From: the human T2T-CHM13v2.0 reference genome, Homo sapiens
Length of the DNA: 64,000 nt
NCBI RefSeq assembly: GCF_009914755.1
Contig: NC_060934.1
Strand: one strand, 5' to 3'
The notes beneath the pieces are model-generated. The model was not told the DNA's origin. It worked only from the letters and a program-made list of their open reading frames with translations, and made no database searches. Position numbers and translations under genes: made by a program. Below are positions 23,740 through 43,581 of this stretch, one piece after another. The number at the start of each line of letters is the position of its first letter. Position 1 is the stretch's first letter.

Positions 23740-24620
23740 CCCCCATGAGACACCTCTGCGCCCTCCCCGAATGAGCCGCACGTCTGCTTCTCCAAACGGC
23801 CGCTGTGCCCGGTGCTCAGCGCATCTCAACTCGCGGCAGGCCGCCCCGCGAGCCGCCTCTCCCTTTCCTGCGGCTCGAAGGGACCCCAGCGTGAACCGTG
23901 TGCTTGTTTTTCATTGTCTCCATCTCGGGGCTTCCTTGTAGAGTTTGGAGCTCCGCGTGAACAGCGCTCTACGCGCTAGTTCCATCGGCTCCTCGGTGCC
24001 CGCACGCAGCCGCGCGTGCCAGTCAGTGCCTGGGTCACCGCGAATTCCATCCCAACCCGCTCCGGCACCGCGACGGTCTCTCCTGTCACTGGAGACGTTT
24101 CTTGTGTCAGTGCAAATATATGTCGTTCCTTGTTTTTTTCTATTAAAGACAGTGCTTGGTGGGAACATTTCTGCACTACTGGAGTTTCTGAAGCTTCAAC
24201 CCCACGCACCAGGCCCACCCACACCCGGGCCCCCGTTCCCCCGCCCGACCCACCCACAACCAGCCACCTAGCTCAGATCCCGGCCCACGATCTGCACCCC
24301 ACGCCCGCCCCACACTCAAAACCGCTCCCCAAGGCCGCCTAAGCCCGCACCCCATGGCCTGAGTCTCCTCCCACACCCGGCTTTCCCCGTGCCCAGCAAC
24401 TTCTGCAATGCCCGATCCCCCAGTATCCCGGCCCCCTGCATTCCAGACCCCCACACCCTCTAGCCATCGTCCCCCACGTCCCGGCCCCACCCCATGTCTG
24501 ACTCTCCCACGCCCAGGGCCTCCCTCACAGCTTTCCCTGTCACACTTTGGTCACCTTCCCACACCCAGACCCCTGCCCGGCGCTGGGCCCACCCTAGGTT
24601 CCAGGCCCCCTCCACACCCC
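23740..24620. promoter_or_regulatory. CpG island overlapping the last exon of the fossil gene
   Basis: CpG-dense at 23740-24080; C-rich (G-rich on - strand) at 24200-24650. Confidence 0.6.
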
Positions 24621-24739
24621 CCCAAACCTCCCCTACCCACACACACCCAGGGGCTCTGCCAAGGCTCTTGGGGGTTTGGTGGCAGCAATGTAGTTAATGA
24701 GCATCCTCAATTCAAAGAATGTTCAAGACTGCACTGCAC

Positions 24740-25520
<781 letters not shown>

Positions 25521-25668
25521 ATACAAACTTTGAGACAAACTGATTATATTCAGAATTCTGTGCTCTTTTCTTTTTTCTTTAGAGATAGAGTCTCACTCTG
25601 TAGCCCAGGCTGTAGTGCAGTGGCGCCATCTCGGCTCGCTGCAACCTCTGCCTCCTGGGTTCAAGTGA

Positions 25669-25845
<177 letters not shown>

Positions 25846-27569
25846 TGAGTAACTGGGATTACAGCTGCGTGCTGCCCGGTTAATTTTTGTATTTTTAGTA
25901 CAGACGGGGTTTCACCATGTTGGCCAGGCTGGTCTTGAACTCCTGACCTCAGGTGATCCGCCCGCCTATGGCCTCCCAAAGTGCTGGGATTACAGGTGTG
26001 AGCTACTGTGCCCGCCCGGCCTAATCTTGTGTTCTTTTCTTAGAGATAACTCTACCTATGGTGCCAACTTCAGCTCCCACTTTCAGATCTGCCCTCCTCC
26101 TCTAGGGGCAGGTGTGTCTGGTCCTCTGAGGGACACACCTGGGGCATCCCTGCTGAGCACCACGTGTGCACAACTTCAGCTTTCAGAGACAATGTTGATT
26201 GTTTTCTAAGGCAGGTGTGCCAATTTAGGACTGGAAATGAGTCCCATGCACCCCCAGTCTGCCCAAACCCAGGAACCTAGAGGGGTCCTAATCACCTGTG
26301 TCAGTGAAAAGGTGGAAAATAGCAAACTCTACCCATCCCTCAGAGCAAAATGGTTTCTCCAATTCCTCTGTGGTGCAGGCTATAAATTCAGACCCTCAGT
26401 GTGGAAAATCCCAATGTTGATCATTAGAAGTTAATATATTAAAATATTTTACCAGTTTATTAAGAACTTAGAGGCAAATAATAGCTCTCAAGAATTTATA
26501 CATCAAACCACAAGACATTTTAATTTTACATTATAGAAAAAACCTGGTGCTCTATTTTTAAAAACATGATTGGATTTTTTTCCCCATTGTTTACTAAATT
26601 TCGACTTCTTCAATAGTTCTTTCTGGTTTGGTAAACATTGCTCTGAGTCACTTCTCCTTCTCTTTTGTAGTCTGATCATAGGAGAGCACACTACCAGCTC
26701 CCTTTGTTTACTGGGGAGGCCAAATAACAAATGGTTGGTATTTTATATTAGCTACTGCTGTGGAGACAACAAATACATGTGGAGCTCTGATTGCATTTGA
26801 ATCTAGGTTTCAGGTGGCCACAAATTCAATAATTTCTTTAACTTATTTAACAGACAAGCCTCTACAAACTACTGACACTCATGGTCACATTCTATGCCAA
26901 CAAACACAGAACCAAGACCTTTCCAAATCGTAGTGTCGTGGGATTCTTTCAACTTTAACATTCAGTGCCAGTAAAAACATTCTTTTATTCTACTCCTACC
27001 AAGTAAATAAGTGATTCCCCTTATCAGATGCTTAATCTCATCATAACTAACTTATTTTTATAAAGATTTAGATAAAGGAGTTCAGTGGAGAGACATTTAT
27101 TGGAATGAACCACTGGTTTGAGATAAGAAACCCTTTTCATAAATTATGCCTTAATCTAAAATCTGGGTAAGTATTTTACTTCATTGGCTCAGTTTAACTG
27201 GAGGAAATAGCAAAGAGAAATTTATGACTATGGCTTATAAATATTTAAAACCTGTTTCTTCAGAAACAGTGATCAAGGATTACTGAGAAAAAAAAAAAAG
27301 AAAACCTGTTTCTCTCACTGACTGACTCTGACCTCTGAGAAAGCTGTCTCTCTGCCCCAGCACTCTGCCTCACAGCCTGCTTTATGAATCTTCACTACAC
27401 CCGTCAGTCAACACTGGGAAGATAACACATCTATTTCTTCCTCCCACTCTAAGCCCACTGTGATATCATCCATTGGAGGCAGGAGCTCTGCGCTGTCCCT
27501 TTGCAGCCCCTGGAACTGCAGTGAGCTGTGTGTATTGAGTCAATCCATAAATACCAAGTAATTATATAA

Positions 27570-28320
27570 ATAAAAATTATAGGAGACCCTTGTTTTGGAC
27601 TAAGCTCCTGCCTAGGATCAGCTTAGTCCTAAACAAGGGTCTCCTGGGTGGATCACCTGAGTTCGAGACCAGCCTGACCAACATGGAGAAACCGTTTCTA
27701 CTAAAAATACAAAAAGAATTAGCCAGGCGTGGTGGCACATGCCTGTAATCCCAGCTACTCAGGAGGCTGAGGCAGGAGAATCGCTTGAACCCGGGAGGCA
27801 GAGGTTGCACTCCAGCCTGGGCAACAAAAGCAAAACTTGAAACTCTGCCTCAAAAAAAAAAAAAGAAAAAGAAAAAGAAACAAACAAAAAAAAAACACAG
27901 GGGTCTCCTATAATTTTTATCTAACATAACTTTCAAAGCATTTTCATTCTAATACAATTACTCCAAAACAGAGTCACCTCTGGCCTTCCATCAGGAGAGA
28001 GATAACAGTCCAACTTCCCAAACAGGCCAGCTTCAGTGGCATGATAATGAAGTTCCCTCTGCCTTTAATCCTTACAACAAAAAGGGACCTGAGGTTAGTC
28101 AATCAGTTCTTTTTTCTATTGTTCTGTCTCATTCTTGCCTTAGGAGGAAAGCAACCTTAAAACGACCAATTCACTTTTTCTTTTTTGTTTCTGCTTTCTT
28201 TAGCCATTTTGGTCTATAAAACCAACCTCCTCTGCTCAGTTCCCTGGAACATTTATTCCATTTTATGAAAGGAAGTGTTGCCTTATTTGAGAATCACAAA
28301 GCCAACTAAGAATTTTTAAA
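27570..28320 (+). mobile_element. MER4-group ERV1 LTR with a rearranged 5' end and an Alu insertion
   Basis: AAAATTATAGGAG...TTGTTTTGGACTAAGCTCCTGC start, and a CTATAAAACCAACCTCCTCTGCTCAG TATA region. Confidence 0.55.
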
Positions 28321-28497
28321 TGGGCCAGGCACAGTGGCTCACTCCTGTAATCCCAGCACTTTGGGAGACCAAGGCGGGTGGATCACCTGAGGTCGGGAGT
28401 TCAAGGCCAGCCTGACAAATATGGAGAAATCCCGTCTTTACTAAAAATACAAAATTAGCCAGGCGTGGTGGCACATGCCTGTCATCCCAGCTACTCA

Positions 28498-28602
<105 letters not shown>

Positions 28603-28797
28603 TCAAAAAAAAAAAAAAAAAAAAAAAAAAGGAGCCAGGCACAGTGGCTGATGCCTGTAATCCCAGCACTTTGGGAGGCTGAGGCAGGTGGCCCAGTCTC
28701 CACTAAAAATACCAAAATTAACCGGGCATAGTCACACACACACCCTGTTGGCCAGGCTGGTCTTGCACTCCTGACCTCAAGTAATCTGGGCCAACAC

Positions 28798-29790
28798 TGT
28801 AACTGCCCAAGGGGTTCACCTTGCCCACTGCGTAGACAGAGCCAATTCATCAAGACAAGGAACTGCAATAGAGAAAAAGTAATTCATGCAAAGCCAGCTG
28901 TGTGGGTGGCTGGAGTTTTATCATTACTCAAATCAGTCTCCCTGAGCATTCGGGGATCAGAGTTTTTAAGGATAACTTGGTGGGTAGAGGGGGAGCCAGT
29001 GAGCCAGGAGTGCTGATTGGTCAGAGATGAAATCATAGGGAGTAGAAGCTGTCTTCTAGCACTGAGTCAGTTCCTGGGTGTGGAACACAATGTCAGACAA
29101 GCCAGTTTATTGATCTGGGTGGTGCCAGCTGATCCACAAGTGCAGGTCTGTAAAATATCTCAAGCACTGATCTTAGCAGCAGTTTAGGGAGGGTCAGAAT
29201 CTTGTAGCCTCCAGCTGCATGACTCCTAAACCATTATTTCTAATTCTGTGGCTAATGTTAGCCTAGTCCCCAGGCAAGAAGGAAGTCTGCTTTGAGAAAG
29301 GGCTGTTACCATCTTTGTTTAAACTATAAACGGCAAGCAATCCTGGCGAGGTGGCTCACCTCCCAGCACTTTAGGGGGCAGGTGGATTACCTGAGGTCAT
29401 GAGTTTGAGACCAGCCTGACCAACATGGTGAAACCCCCGTCTCTACTAAAAATACAAAAAAATTAGCTGGGTGTGGTGGTGGGCGCCTGTAATCCCATCT
29501 ACTCCGGAAGTTAAGGCAGGAGAATCCCTTGAGCCCAGGAGGCAGAGGTTGTGGTGAGCTGAGATCTCACCTAGGTCCTGCCACTGAACTCCAGCCTGGG
29601 CAAAAGAACGAAACTTCATCTCAATAAATAAATAAATAAACAAACAAACTACAAACTAAGTTTTTCCCAAAGTTAGTTCAGCCCACATCCAGGAATGAAC
29701 AAAGGCAGCTTGGCAGTTAGAAGCAAGAAGTAGTCGGTTAAGTTAGATCTCTTTCACTGTCTCAGTCATAATTTTGCCTAGGCAGTTTCA
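28798..29790 (-). mobile_element. LTR8 (ERV1) solo LTR inserted into an Alu and carrying an internal Alu
   Basis: Minus strand starts TGAAACTGCC...AAAATTATGACTGAGACAGTGAAAGAGATCTAACTTAACCGACT and ends GGGCAGTTACA; 4-bp flanks ACAC / ACAT. Confidence 0.8.
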
Positions 29791-31310
<1,520 letters not shown>

Positions 31311-31313
31311 AAT

Positions 31314-32272
31314 AATGCTTGGGACCAGAGATATTTCTGATTGTGGAATTTTTTGGATTTTGGAATATTTGCATATACATAATGAGATATCTTGGGAATG
31401 GGACCCACGTCTAAATAATTTATGTTTCATATATACCTTATACACATAGCCTGAAGATGATTTTATATATTTCTTTTTTTTTTTTTTTTTTTTTGAGACG
31501 GAGACTCCTTCTGTCGCCCAGGAGGAGTGCAGTGGCGCAATCTCGGCTTACTGCAAGCTCCACCTCCCGGGTTCACGCTGATCTCCTGCTTCAGCCTCCC
31601 GAGTAGCTGGGACTACAGGGGCCCACCACCATGCCCGGCTAATTTTGTTTTTGCATTTTTAGTAGAGACGGGGTTTCACCGTGTTAGCTAGGATGGTCTC
31701 GATTTCCTGACCTCGTGATCTGCCCTCCTCGGCCTCCCAAAGTGCTGGGATTATAGGTGTGAGCCACCGCATCCAGCAGATCTTATATATTTCAAGTAAT
31801 TCTGTGTATGAAACAAAGTTTTGACTTTTTAATATGGCCTGTCACATGAGGCCAGGTGTGGAATTTTCTACCTGTGGCGTCATGCTGGTGCTCAAAAAGT
31901 TTTGGATTTTGGAGCATTTTTGGATTTCAGATTTTTTTTTTTTTTTTTTTTTTGAGACAGGGTTTCACTCTGTTACCTAGGCTGGAGTGCAGTGGCACAA
32001 TTACAGCTCAATGAAGCCTGATCTGCTGGGTTCAAGGGATCCTCTCACCTCAGCCTTTCGACTAGCTGGGACCACAGGTGTGCACCAACACACCTGGCTA
32101 ATTTTTATATTTTTTGTAGGGATGGGGTTTCACCATGTTGCCCAGGCTGGTCTCAAACTCCTGAGCTGAAGGGATCCACCCACCTTGACCTCCCAAAGTG
32201 CTGGGATTACAGGTGTGAGCCACTACACCCAGACAAATTTTGGATTTTTGGATTAGGTATGCTCAACCTGTA
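31314..32272. mobile_element. Tigger4/MER46 DNA transposon split by two Alus
   Basis: AATGCTTGGGACCAGA...GGAATATTTGCATATACATAATGAGATATCTTGGG, with terminus GGATTAGGTATGCTCAACCTG followed by TA. Confidence 0.75.
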
Positions 32273-33307
32273 TGTTGAAAACAAGGTGCCAGGCAACAGG
32301 CTCTCAGTGACTGCAGGCATCAGGTGATGTGCCAGGGAGACACAGAAAGGAAGAGGAGTGTTTCAACATGTGGCCAGTAAAAGACTTCCAAGAATGGCCG
32401 GGTGCGGTGGCTCACGCCTGTAATCCCAGCACTTTGGGAGGCCCAGATGGGCACATTGGCTGAAGTCAGGAGTTTGAGACCAGTCTGGCCAACATCGTGA
32501 AACCCCATCTCTACAAAAAATACAAAAAAATTAGCCGGACATGGTGATGTTCGGCTATTCAGGAGGCTGAAGCAAGGCAGGGGAATTGCTTGAGCCAGGG
32601 AGGTGGAGGTTGTAGTCAGCCGAGATCGCACCACTGTACTCCAGCCTGGGCGACAGAGCAAGACTCAGTCTCAAAAATAGAAGACTTCCAAGAATAAAAA
32701 TATATTACTTAGGTTAAGTTCGGTGGGTGACAGAGGAAGGAAATAGACTCAACTCAGGCCAAAAAAAAAAAAAAGGAGGCGGCAATATGGAGTAACTAAT
32801 ATTAAACAAGAGTTAAGTAAATCTTCAAATGGAGATTTGGAATAAAAATAGTATGGTGCAACAAGAGCGAAACTCCATCTCAAAAAAAAATGGTATGTAT
32901 GGTGTTCAGATTCCACTAGATATATTACAACTCATGTAGCCATTTTACTTTAAAATATAAATATTAAAACATACCAGAAATTGTATCTTTTGCAACTATT
33001 TGAGCTTATGATGAGAAACTTTAGCAACATAAAACTGTGGAATGGATATGTGGTTTTTCAGAAATGAGAGCAAACATTCAAAGACTACTCTATTACATAA
33101 ATACGGGAATAGAAGAGTGGCCCAGAAACGAAATAGCAGGAGCTTCTAGGGTTCAGCAAGAGAGGGCTGAGGGAGACTGCCCAAGAAGGGATTGAAGCGG
33201 GGCCTAGAATGCCAAAGCTTGTACTGCACTTTACGTGTGTCACAGGAGGACAGAAAGGGGTGAGTCACAGAGCTGTTTAGGAGGCAGAATGGACAAGAAT
33301 TGTTTGA

Positions 33308-33906
<599 letters not shown>

Positions 33907-34989
33907 TGAGCCACCGCGCCCGGCCAATTTATTTATTTTTATTGAGACGGGGTCTTGTCATTTTGCCCAGGCTGGTCTCGAAGTCCTGGGTTCAAGGGAT
34001 CCACCTGCCTAGGCCTCCCAGTGCTGGGATTACAGGCGTGAGCCATGGCGCCCTTTCTACTCAAGTGATTTATCAATCATTTTACTCAATAGTTAATTCA
34101 CACATCCATCCAGTTCCCACAATGAATTCCATCCATGTGCCAAGGTCTCTGGGACAGGAAGCTGAGTGACCTGAAATCACAGCCCTGGGAGAAAAGGGAG
34201 GTGAGTGGTCAAGACAGATACACCCATACCTGTGATGTGGGGTTTGGGAAAGGTGGGCCTCCCAGAGGGGAGGCAGGTGAACAGGAAAGGTGGCTTCCCA
34301 GGTGAGGCAATTGTTGAATTGGACAGAGTGGAAATGGCTCACAGTGGTCCTTGGGAGAGGATGAGAATTAGGATGGAGAGAAAAGATTGAATACGTGAGA
34401 TATGGAAGAACTAGAAGGATGGGCTCTCACTGGGGGGGCGGGGGGGACAGGGAACCGAGTTGCCTAACTTCCCTTTGGTGGAGTCAGACTGTATGCTGAG
34501 CGCTGTGACTTTGGACCACTGTCCATGTCCTTGAGGGGGTCATATCCTGAGGAGCTGGCACACATTTCAGCAGATATCTCCATATGACTGGGTTTAGTGG
34601 TGGCCTGTGGGACCACGTGGGAAAGAGACCCACCTGAGATGGGAAATTCTGAAAGGTCAGAGATGGTGGGGGAACGGAAAAGTTTAACAGTTGTTGACTG
34701 TGAAGTGCCTGCAGGAAATGAAAGGGAGGTGCCCAAGAGCTAAGAAGTCTGGTATAGGAGAAGCATGAGTAGGAGCTGCAACAGGGGGCTAAGAGGTGAC
34801 CTGTGCAGTAGAAGGAAAGCACTCGCGTTCTCCCAGGTGCGGAACGAGCAAACGTTGATGACAAATGACTTTGCCTACCATCTTGAACCCTTTCGGCTTC
34901 TCTTCTTGCACAGGTCTTCATTCTCACCCTGCTACACAGCCCCTACCAGAACGTTCTGAAATGCAAACCTAACAACTGTCTCACCCCAG

Positions 34990-35900
34990 CAGGAAACTCC
35001 CCAGGGTCCCGGGCCCCCTGCGGGGTTGCAGGCCTCACTCTTCGCGCCCATCCCTCCGCCCTGACCGCCCTGAGCTCGCCCCCAGTGCTGGCCCTTCACG
35101 TCCAGTTATCCCTCCCAGCCTCCAAGGTCCCCGTTACCGAAGACCGCCACCATCACGACATAGCGCAGCACATATGGGTAAACAAATGGACTGAGACTCA
35201 AGCAAAGAAGTAACCCGAGACGCGCGTTACACGGAAAACGACTGCGCAAGCGCGGTAGAGCAGGGGCTTGCAGGTGAGTGGGAGCAGCCAATCCACGCGA
35301 AGGGGGTCGGGACCACTTCCGCGGAGGAAAGCCCCGCCCACACCTCCTGGGCCCTCGCCTCACTGGCGGTTTCTCCCGCGAGCCAGCCTCATAGACATTC
35401 CTTGGTGCTGATTGGCTGGCGGCCAGCGCAGTCCTCCTTCCTCTGGCTCTCTCGCGGCCCCTTGCGGGAAGGCCTCCCAGAGGCCGTGGGGTCGTTTCTG
35501 GCGGCCTAAGTGGGCCTAACTTTTAGAGTCCCGAGGGTCGTCGCTGCCGGGGAGATCTCCGCCCCATTTCCGTGCCGCCTTGTCCTCAGGGCCCAAAGCC
35601 CCCTGCGCTAAGGGCCCTGTCCCATCTCTGCCCTACACGCGGGAGTCAGCCTAAGGCGGAGCCCTAGGACAGCAGCCGCGCCTGACGCTGCTCGCCTGCC
35701 TAGCACAGGCAGGGGGTGAGCGGAGTCGGCTGCCTCCCTCCCCAGGGCCCTCCAAGGGAGTGGGCTCCACATCCATGGGCCCGAGGAATCTGCGGAGAGA
35801 CGGGAAGAGCAGGGGACACTCACAGGGCGGGGGTCCAGGCGGGAGTCCAGTAGTCCTCGTGGAGACAGCTGGGAAAGGCCTCGGGGCAAGGGACCTCGGA
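34990..35900. promoter_or_regulatory. CpG-island promoter (NRF1-like, ETS/GABP, CCAAT x2, GC box)
   Basis: TGCGCAAGCGC 35243-35253, CCAAT 35288-35292, CACTTCCG 35314-35321, GCCCCGCCC 35331-35339, ATTGG 35411-35415; minus-strand donor CG|GTAACG after 35138. Confidence 0.75.
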
Positions 35901-36002
35901 TTTCCTCCTCTGCCTCAAAACAGACAGTCTAAGCTGGGTGCGGTAGCTTGCGCCTGTAATCCCAGCACTTTGGGAGGACGAGTTGGGTGGACCACCAAGT
36001 CA

Positions 36003-36275
<273 letters not shown>

Positions 36276-37270
36276 TCAGTACACATTTGTGGAATTAATC
36301 CCTCCCAGGACAGGTTGTGAAGAAAGCTTGTTAACCTCAAGATTCAGAAGCACCGTTCACAGCACAAGCTTTGGAGTCAAATTCAGGCTGTTAACTTGCT
36401 GCGTGCGCCCCCGACTTACCTCTTTCTGCCTGTTTGCTCATCCGTAAAATGGGAACTGTGACTGAGTCTACTTTGAATCTGATTATGCTGCATGAACTCA
36501 GAAGACAGGGCTCAGTTGAGTGACTGCTCAGTTTACAAGAGCTGTTACTGTAGTTGGGAAGCGCCCTGAGACATACATGGTAAGATTGGTAACCTAGGAT
36601 AAAGGGGGCCACCATGAGAGAGACCCCAGAGGGAAACTGTTCCAGAGAAGAGAAATGTCTTGCTAAGGTCACACTGCCCTGGTAGCGAGCACAGGGCAGC
36701 CTGCTCCGCCCAAGTTTCCAGCCTTCTCAGCTGAGTTCTGGCCCATCAGGCTAAGCCGGAGACTAAGCCTCAAGAAAGCAGGCATTCGTAGGAAAGGGGT
36801 CCTGTAAGTCCCAAAAGCCACCTTTGCTTTGGAAGGTCTCCAAAAGGAACCTCAGATGCACTTCTCCAGAAGGCCCTAGCATTTTTGCCTGCCCCCATCC
36901 CCACCCCGCAACAACTTCTGCCCTCTTCAGGGATCCACCATTCCTATTCCTATTGCTGTGAGGTATTATAACCTTTAACAGGTGGAAAGAAAACTTCACC
37001 TCAGCCAGGTGGTATTGATACCCATCCAAGGCAGGGGACAAGTTGAGGCTTGGACAGATCCAGAGATTGGGAATCCAGGTCTTTGAGTGTACCTTCTGCA
37101 AGCACAATGGTACATCACCTCATCCACGGTGTGTACCATGCCTTAGCACTGTGTGCCCTCTGAGAGGCCCCCAATTTCTGGCCACACACTCAATCTGCAG
37201 CAACACCTTTTACACTGGAAGTGATGCAAAGTCAGTCCCTGGGTTAATGAACATATCTTCTTAGGTATTA

Positions 37271-37477
<207 letters not shown>

Positions 37478-38893
37478 TCAGGCATGCTGGCACGTGCCTG
37501 TAATCCCAGCTACTTGGGAGACTGAGGCAGGAGAATTGCTTGAACCCGGGAGGCAGAGGTTGCAGTGAGCCGAGATCGCACCCATTGCACTCCAGCCTGG
37601 GCAAAGAAGAGAAACTCTGTCTCAAAAAAAAAAAAAGTGTTGGCTGGGGGTGTTGACTCACACCTGTAATCCCAACACTTTAGGAGGCCAAGGTGAGAGA
37701 ATCACTTGAGCCTGGAAGGTGGAGGCTGCAATGAGCCGTGATTGTGCCACTGCACAACAGCTTGGGTGACAGAGTGAAACCCTGTCTCAAAAAAAAAAGT
37801 GTTTTTTCATCCATTAGGAGTGTTTGGATGAACTCTCTCATGGTGTGATTCCTGAGGGTTGGACTGGCAATGAAGGCTGTGTTCAGGAAGTTTCTTGCCC
37901 TGCTTCCTGGACATGCGTTTCTTACCAAAACTCCTGGAGCGATGCATTGGAATCGGACTTCTTATATAGTACAAATATGGGAAAGCTGGGTGAGAGGCAC
38001 TGAAACCTACAGGAAATCAAACCTTGGGTGATGAGACTGGAAGGGTAAAGGAAAAACAACACCACTTTGCCTGAGCCTCAGCTGGGTGGGTGCAGGTCAA
38101 AGTTCGGAGGTATCAAGACGTTTCAAAGAGAAAATTACAGGATCCAGCTTCAGCTTATCTTCTCTCTCTGGCTCCAGCACTGCAAAGTATACAAAGGACC
38201 TGGTGCAGAGGAAGGGAAGTCTGTGGTCCAGAGTGGCACCTGAAGATGAGCATTTCGCAACTGGGACTCCTCCCTGCCACCTGGCCTCCCCTACTCAATG
38301 AGCTTTTCCCTGTTGCTCTATGAAGAACATAGATGTGTCCATGAAGGTATTAATTTCCCTGAGGAAAGGTAATAAAGACTGGAATGTACCCAGATATAAA
38401 ATAAAAGGGAAGTGGCAAGTATCTTACCTGGCACACAGTGGGAACATAACCTGAGATTTCTATTTTCCAAGATGGACTGAACGTCACAGGCATCAGTAGA
38501 AGGCTGAGATGGTCTATTTTGAGGAGTGCTGTACGTGTTCGCGTGTGTGTGTGCACGTGCACACCCATACACACACACACACACAGACTGAGATTTTAAA
38601 AGACCCAGTAAAGCCACACCCAGTGGCTCGTGCCTGTCATCCTAGCACTTTGGGAGGCTGAGTTGGGAGGATCACTTAAGACCACGAGTTCAAGACCAGC
38701 CTGGGCAACATAGGGAGGCCCCGATTCTACAAAAATTTAAAATATTGATTGGGTATGTTGGTGCATGCCTGCAGTCCCAGCTACTTGGGAGGCTGAGGTG
38801 AGATGATTACTTGAGCCTGGCAGCGGGTCAAGGTTACAGTGAACCATGATAGCACCACTACACACCAGCCTAGGTGACAGCAAGACCTTGTCT

Positions 38894-38938
<45 letters not shown>

Positions 38939-38954
38939 CAGGTGCAGTGGCTCA

Positions 38955-39329
<375 letters not shown>

Positions 39330-39697
39330 TCAGGACATTGAGTCCTCAAAACAATGCTTTCACTAGTCTCCTTTAATAAATGAAGAAACCGAGACCCAAG
39401 GAGGTAGAAACCTTCTCCAATGTCACCTGGCTTGGGAGATGGGCCCCAAGTTTAAACTCTGCTCAGTTACTGCAGAGCCACTACATTCTATTTCCTGCAT
39501 AGAGAATGGCTGGGGGACACATGCCCAGAGACCAGCAGAGAGAGAGTGGGAGGCAGAGGCCAGGAAACACAGGGTCAGGCAGGCCAAGATCTGCCCTCCA
39601 GGAGACCATGGCACCCAGAGAGGCCACACCATAAAAAGCACAGCAAGGCTGGGTGCAGTAGCTCATGCCTGTAATCCCAGCACTTTCGGGTGGATCA

Positions 39698-40045
<348 letters not shown>

Positions 40046-40089
40046 TCAACCTTTCTCTTCCTCAGTTTTCTCACCCTTAAAGTGGGGAT

Positions 40090-42989
<2,900 letters not shown>

Positions 42990-43365
42990 GGCTAATGAGA
43001 GTATGAACCTCCAAAGACTTCTGTGAGGGCTAGGTGCAGTCATATATGCAATGAACTCAAGTAAACAGCTGGCTGAGGAAACACCGGGACGCCTCCTCTG
43101 TGCTAAGCCCCATGCAGCATGCACACAGACACAGGCCCACCTCAGCCTCCCAAAGTGCTGGGGTTACAGGCGTGAGCCGCCTTTCCCAACCAATATTTTA
43201 TATTTTTACACAAGTGACAGCATCCTATTCAGACTGCCCTATACTTTTTTTCCACTTAAAAGTATGTCTGGGCCAGACATAGTGTCTCACACCTGTAATC
43301 CCAGCATTTTGGGAGGCCGAGGCAGTGGATCGCCTGAGGTCAGGAGCTCGAGACCAGCCTGCTCA

Positions 43366-43581
<216 letters not shown>

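Noticed and set aside
26594-26710. Alternative frame ending TIEEVEI*, like an Hsp70 EEVD tail
   Set aside because: This frame has two earlier stops and does not match the phase of exon 3; the open KQRELVV frame fits both neighbours.
34801-34928. PIH1-like reading (VRMKTC...FVINVC)
   Set aside because: It needs a frameshift and the downstream exons show no PIH1 features; the single-frame W*AKSFVINVC reading fits the phases.
35138-35153. ATGGTGGCGG with a good Kozak context as the fossil gene's start
   Set aside because: It ends in phase 1 and meets TGA at once in exon 2. It cannot be excluded if an indel occurred, so exon 1's frame remains uncertain.
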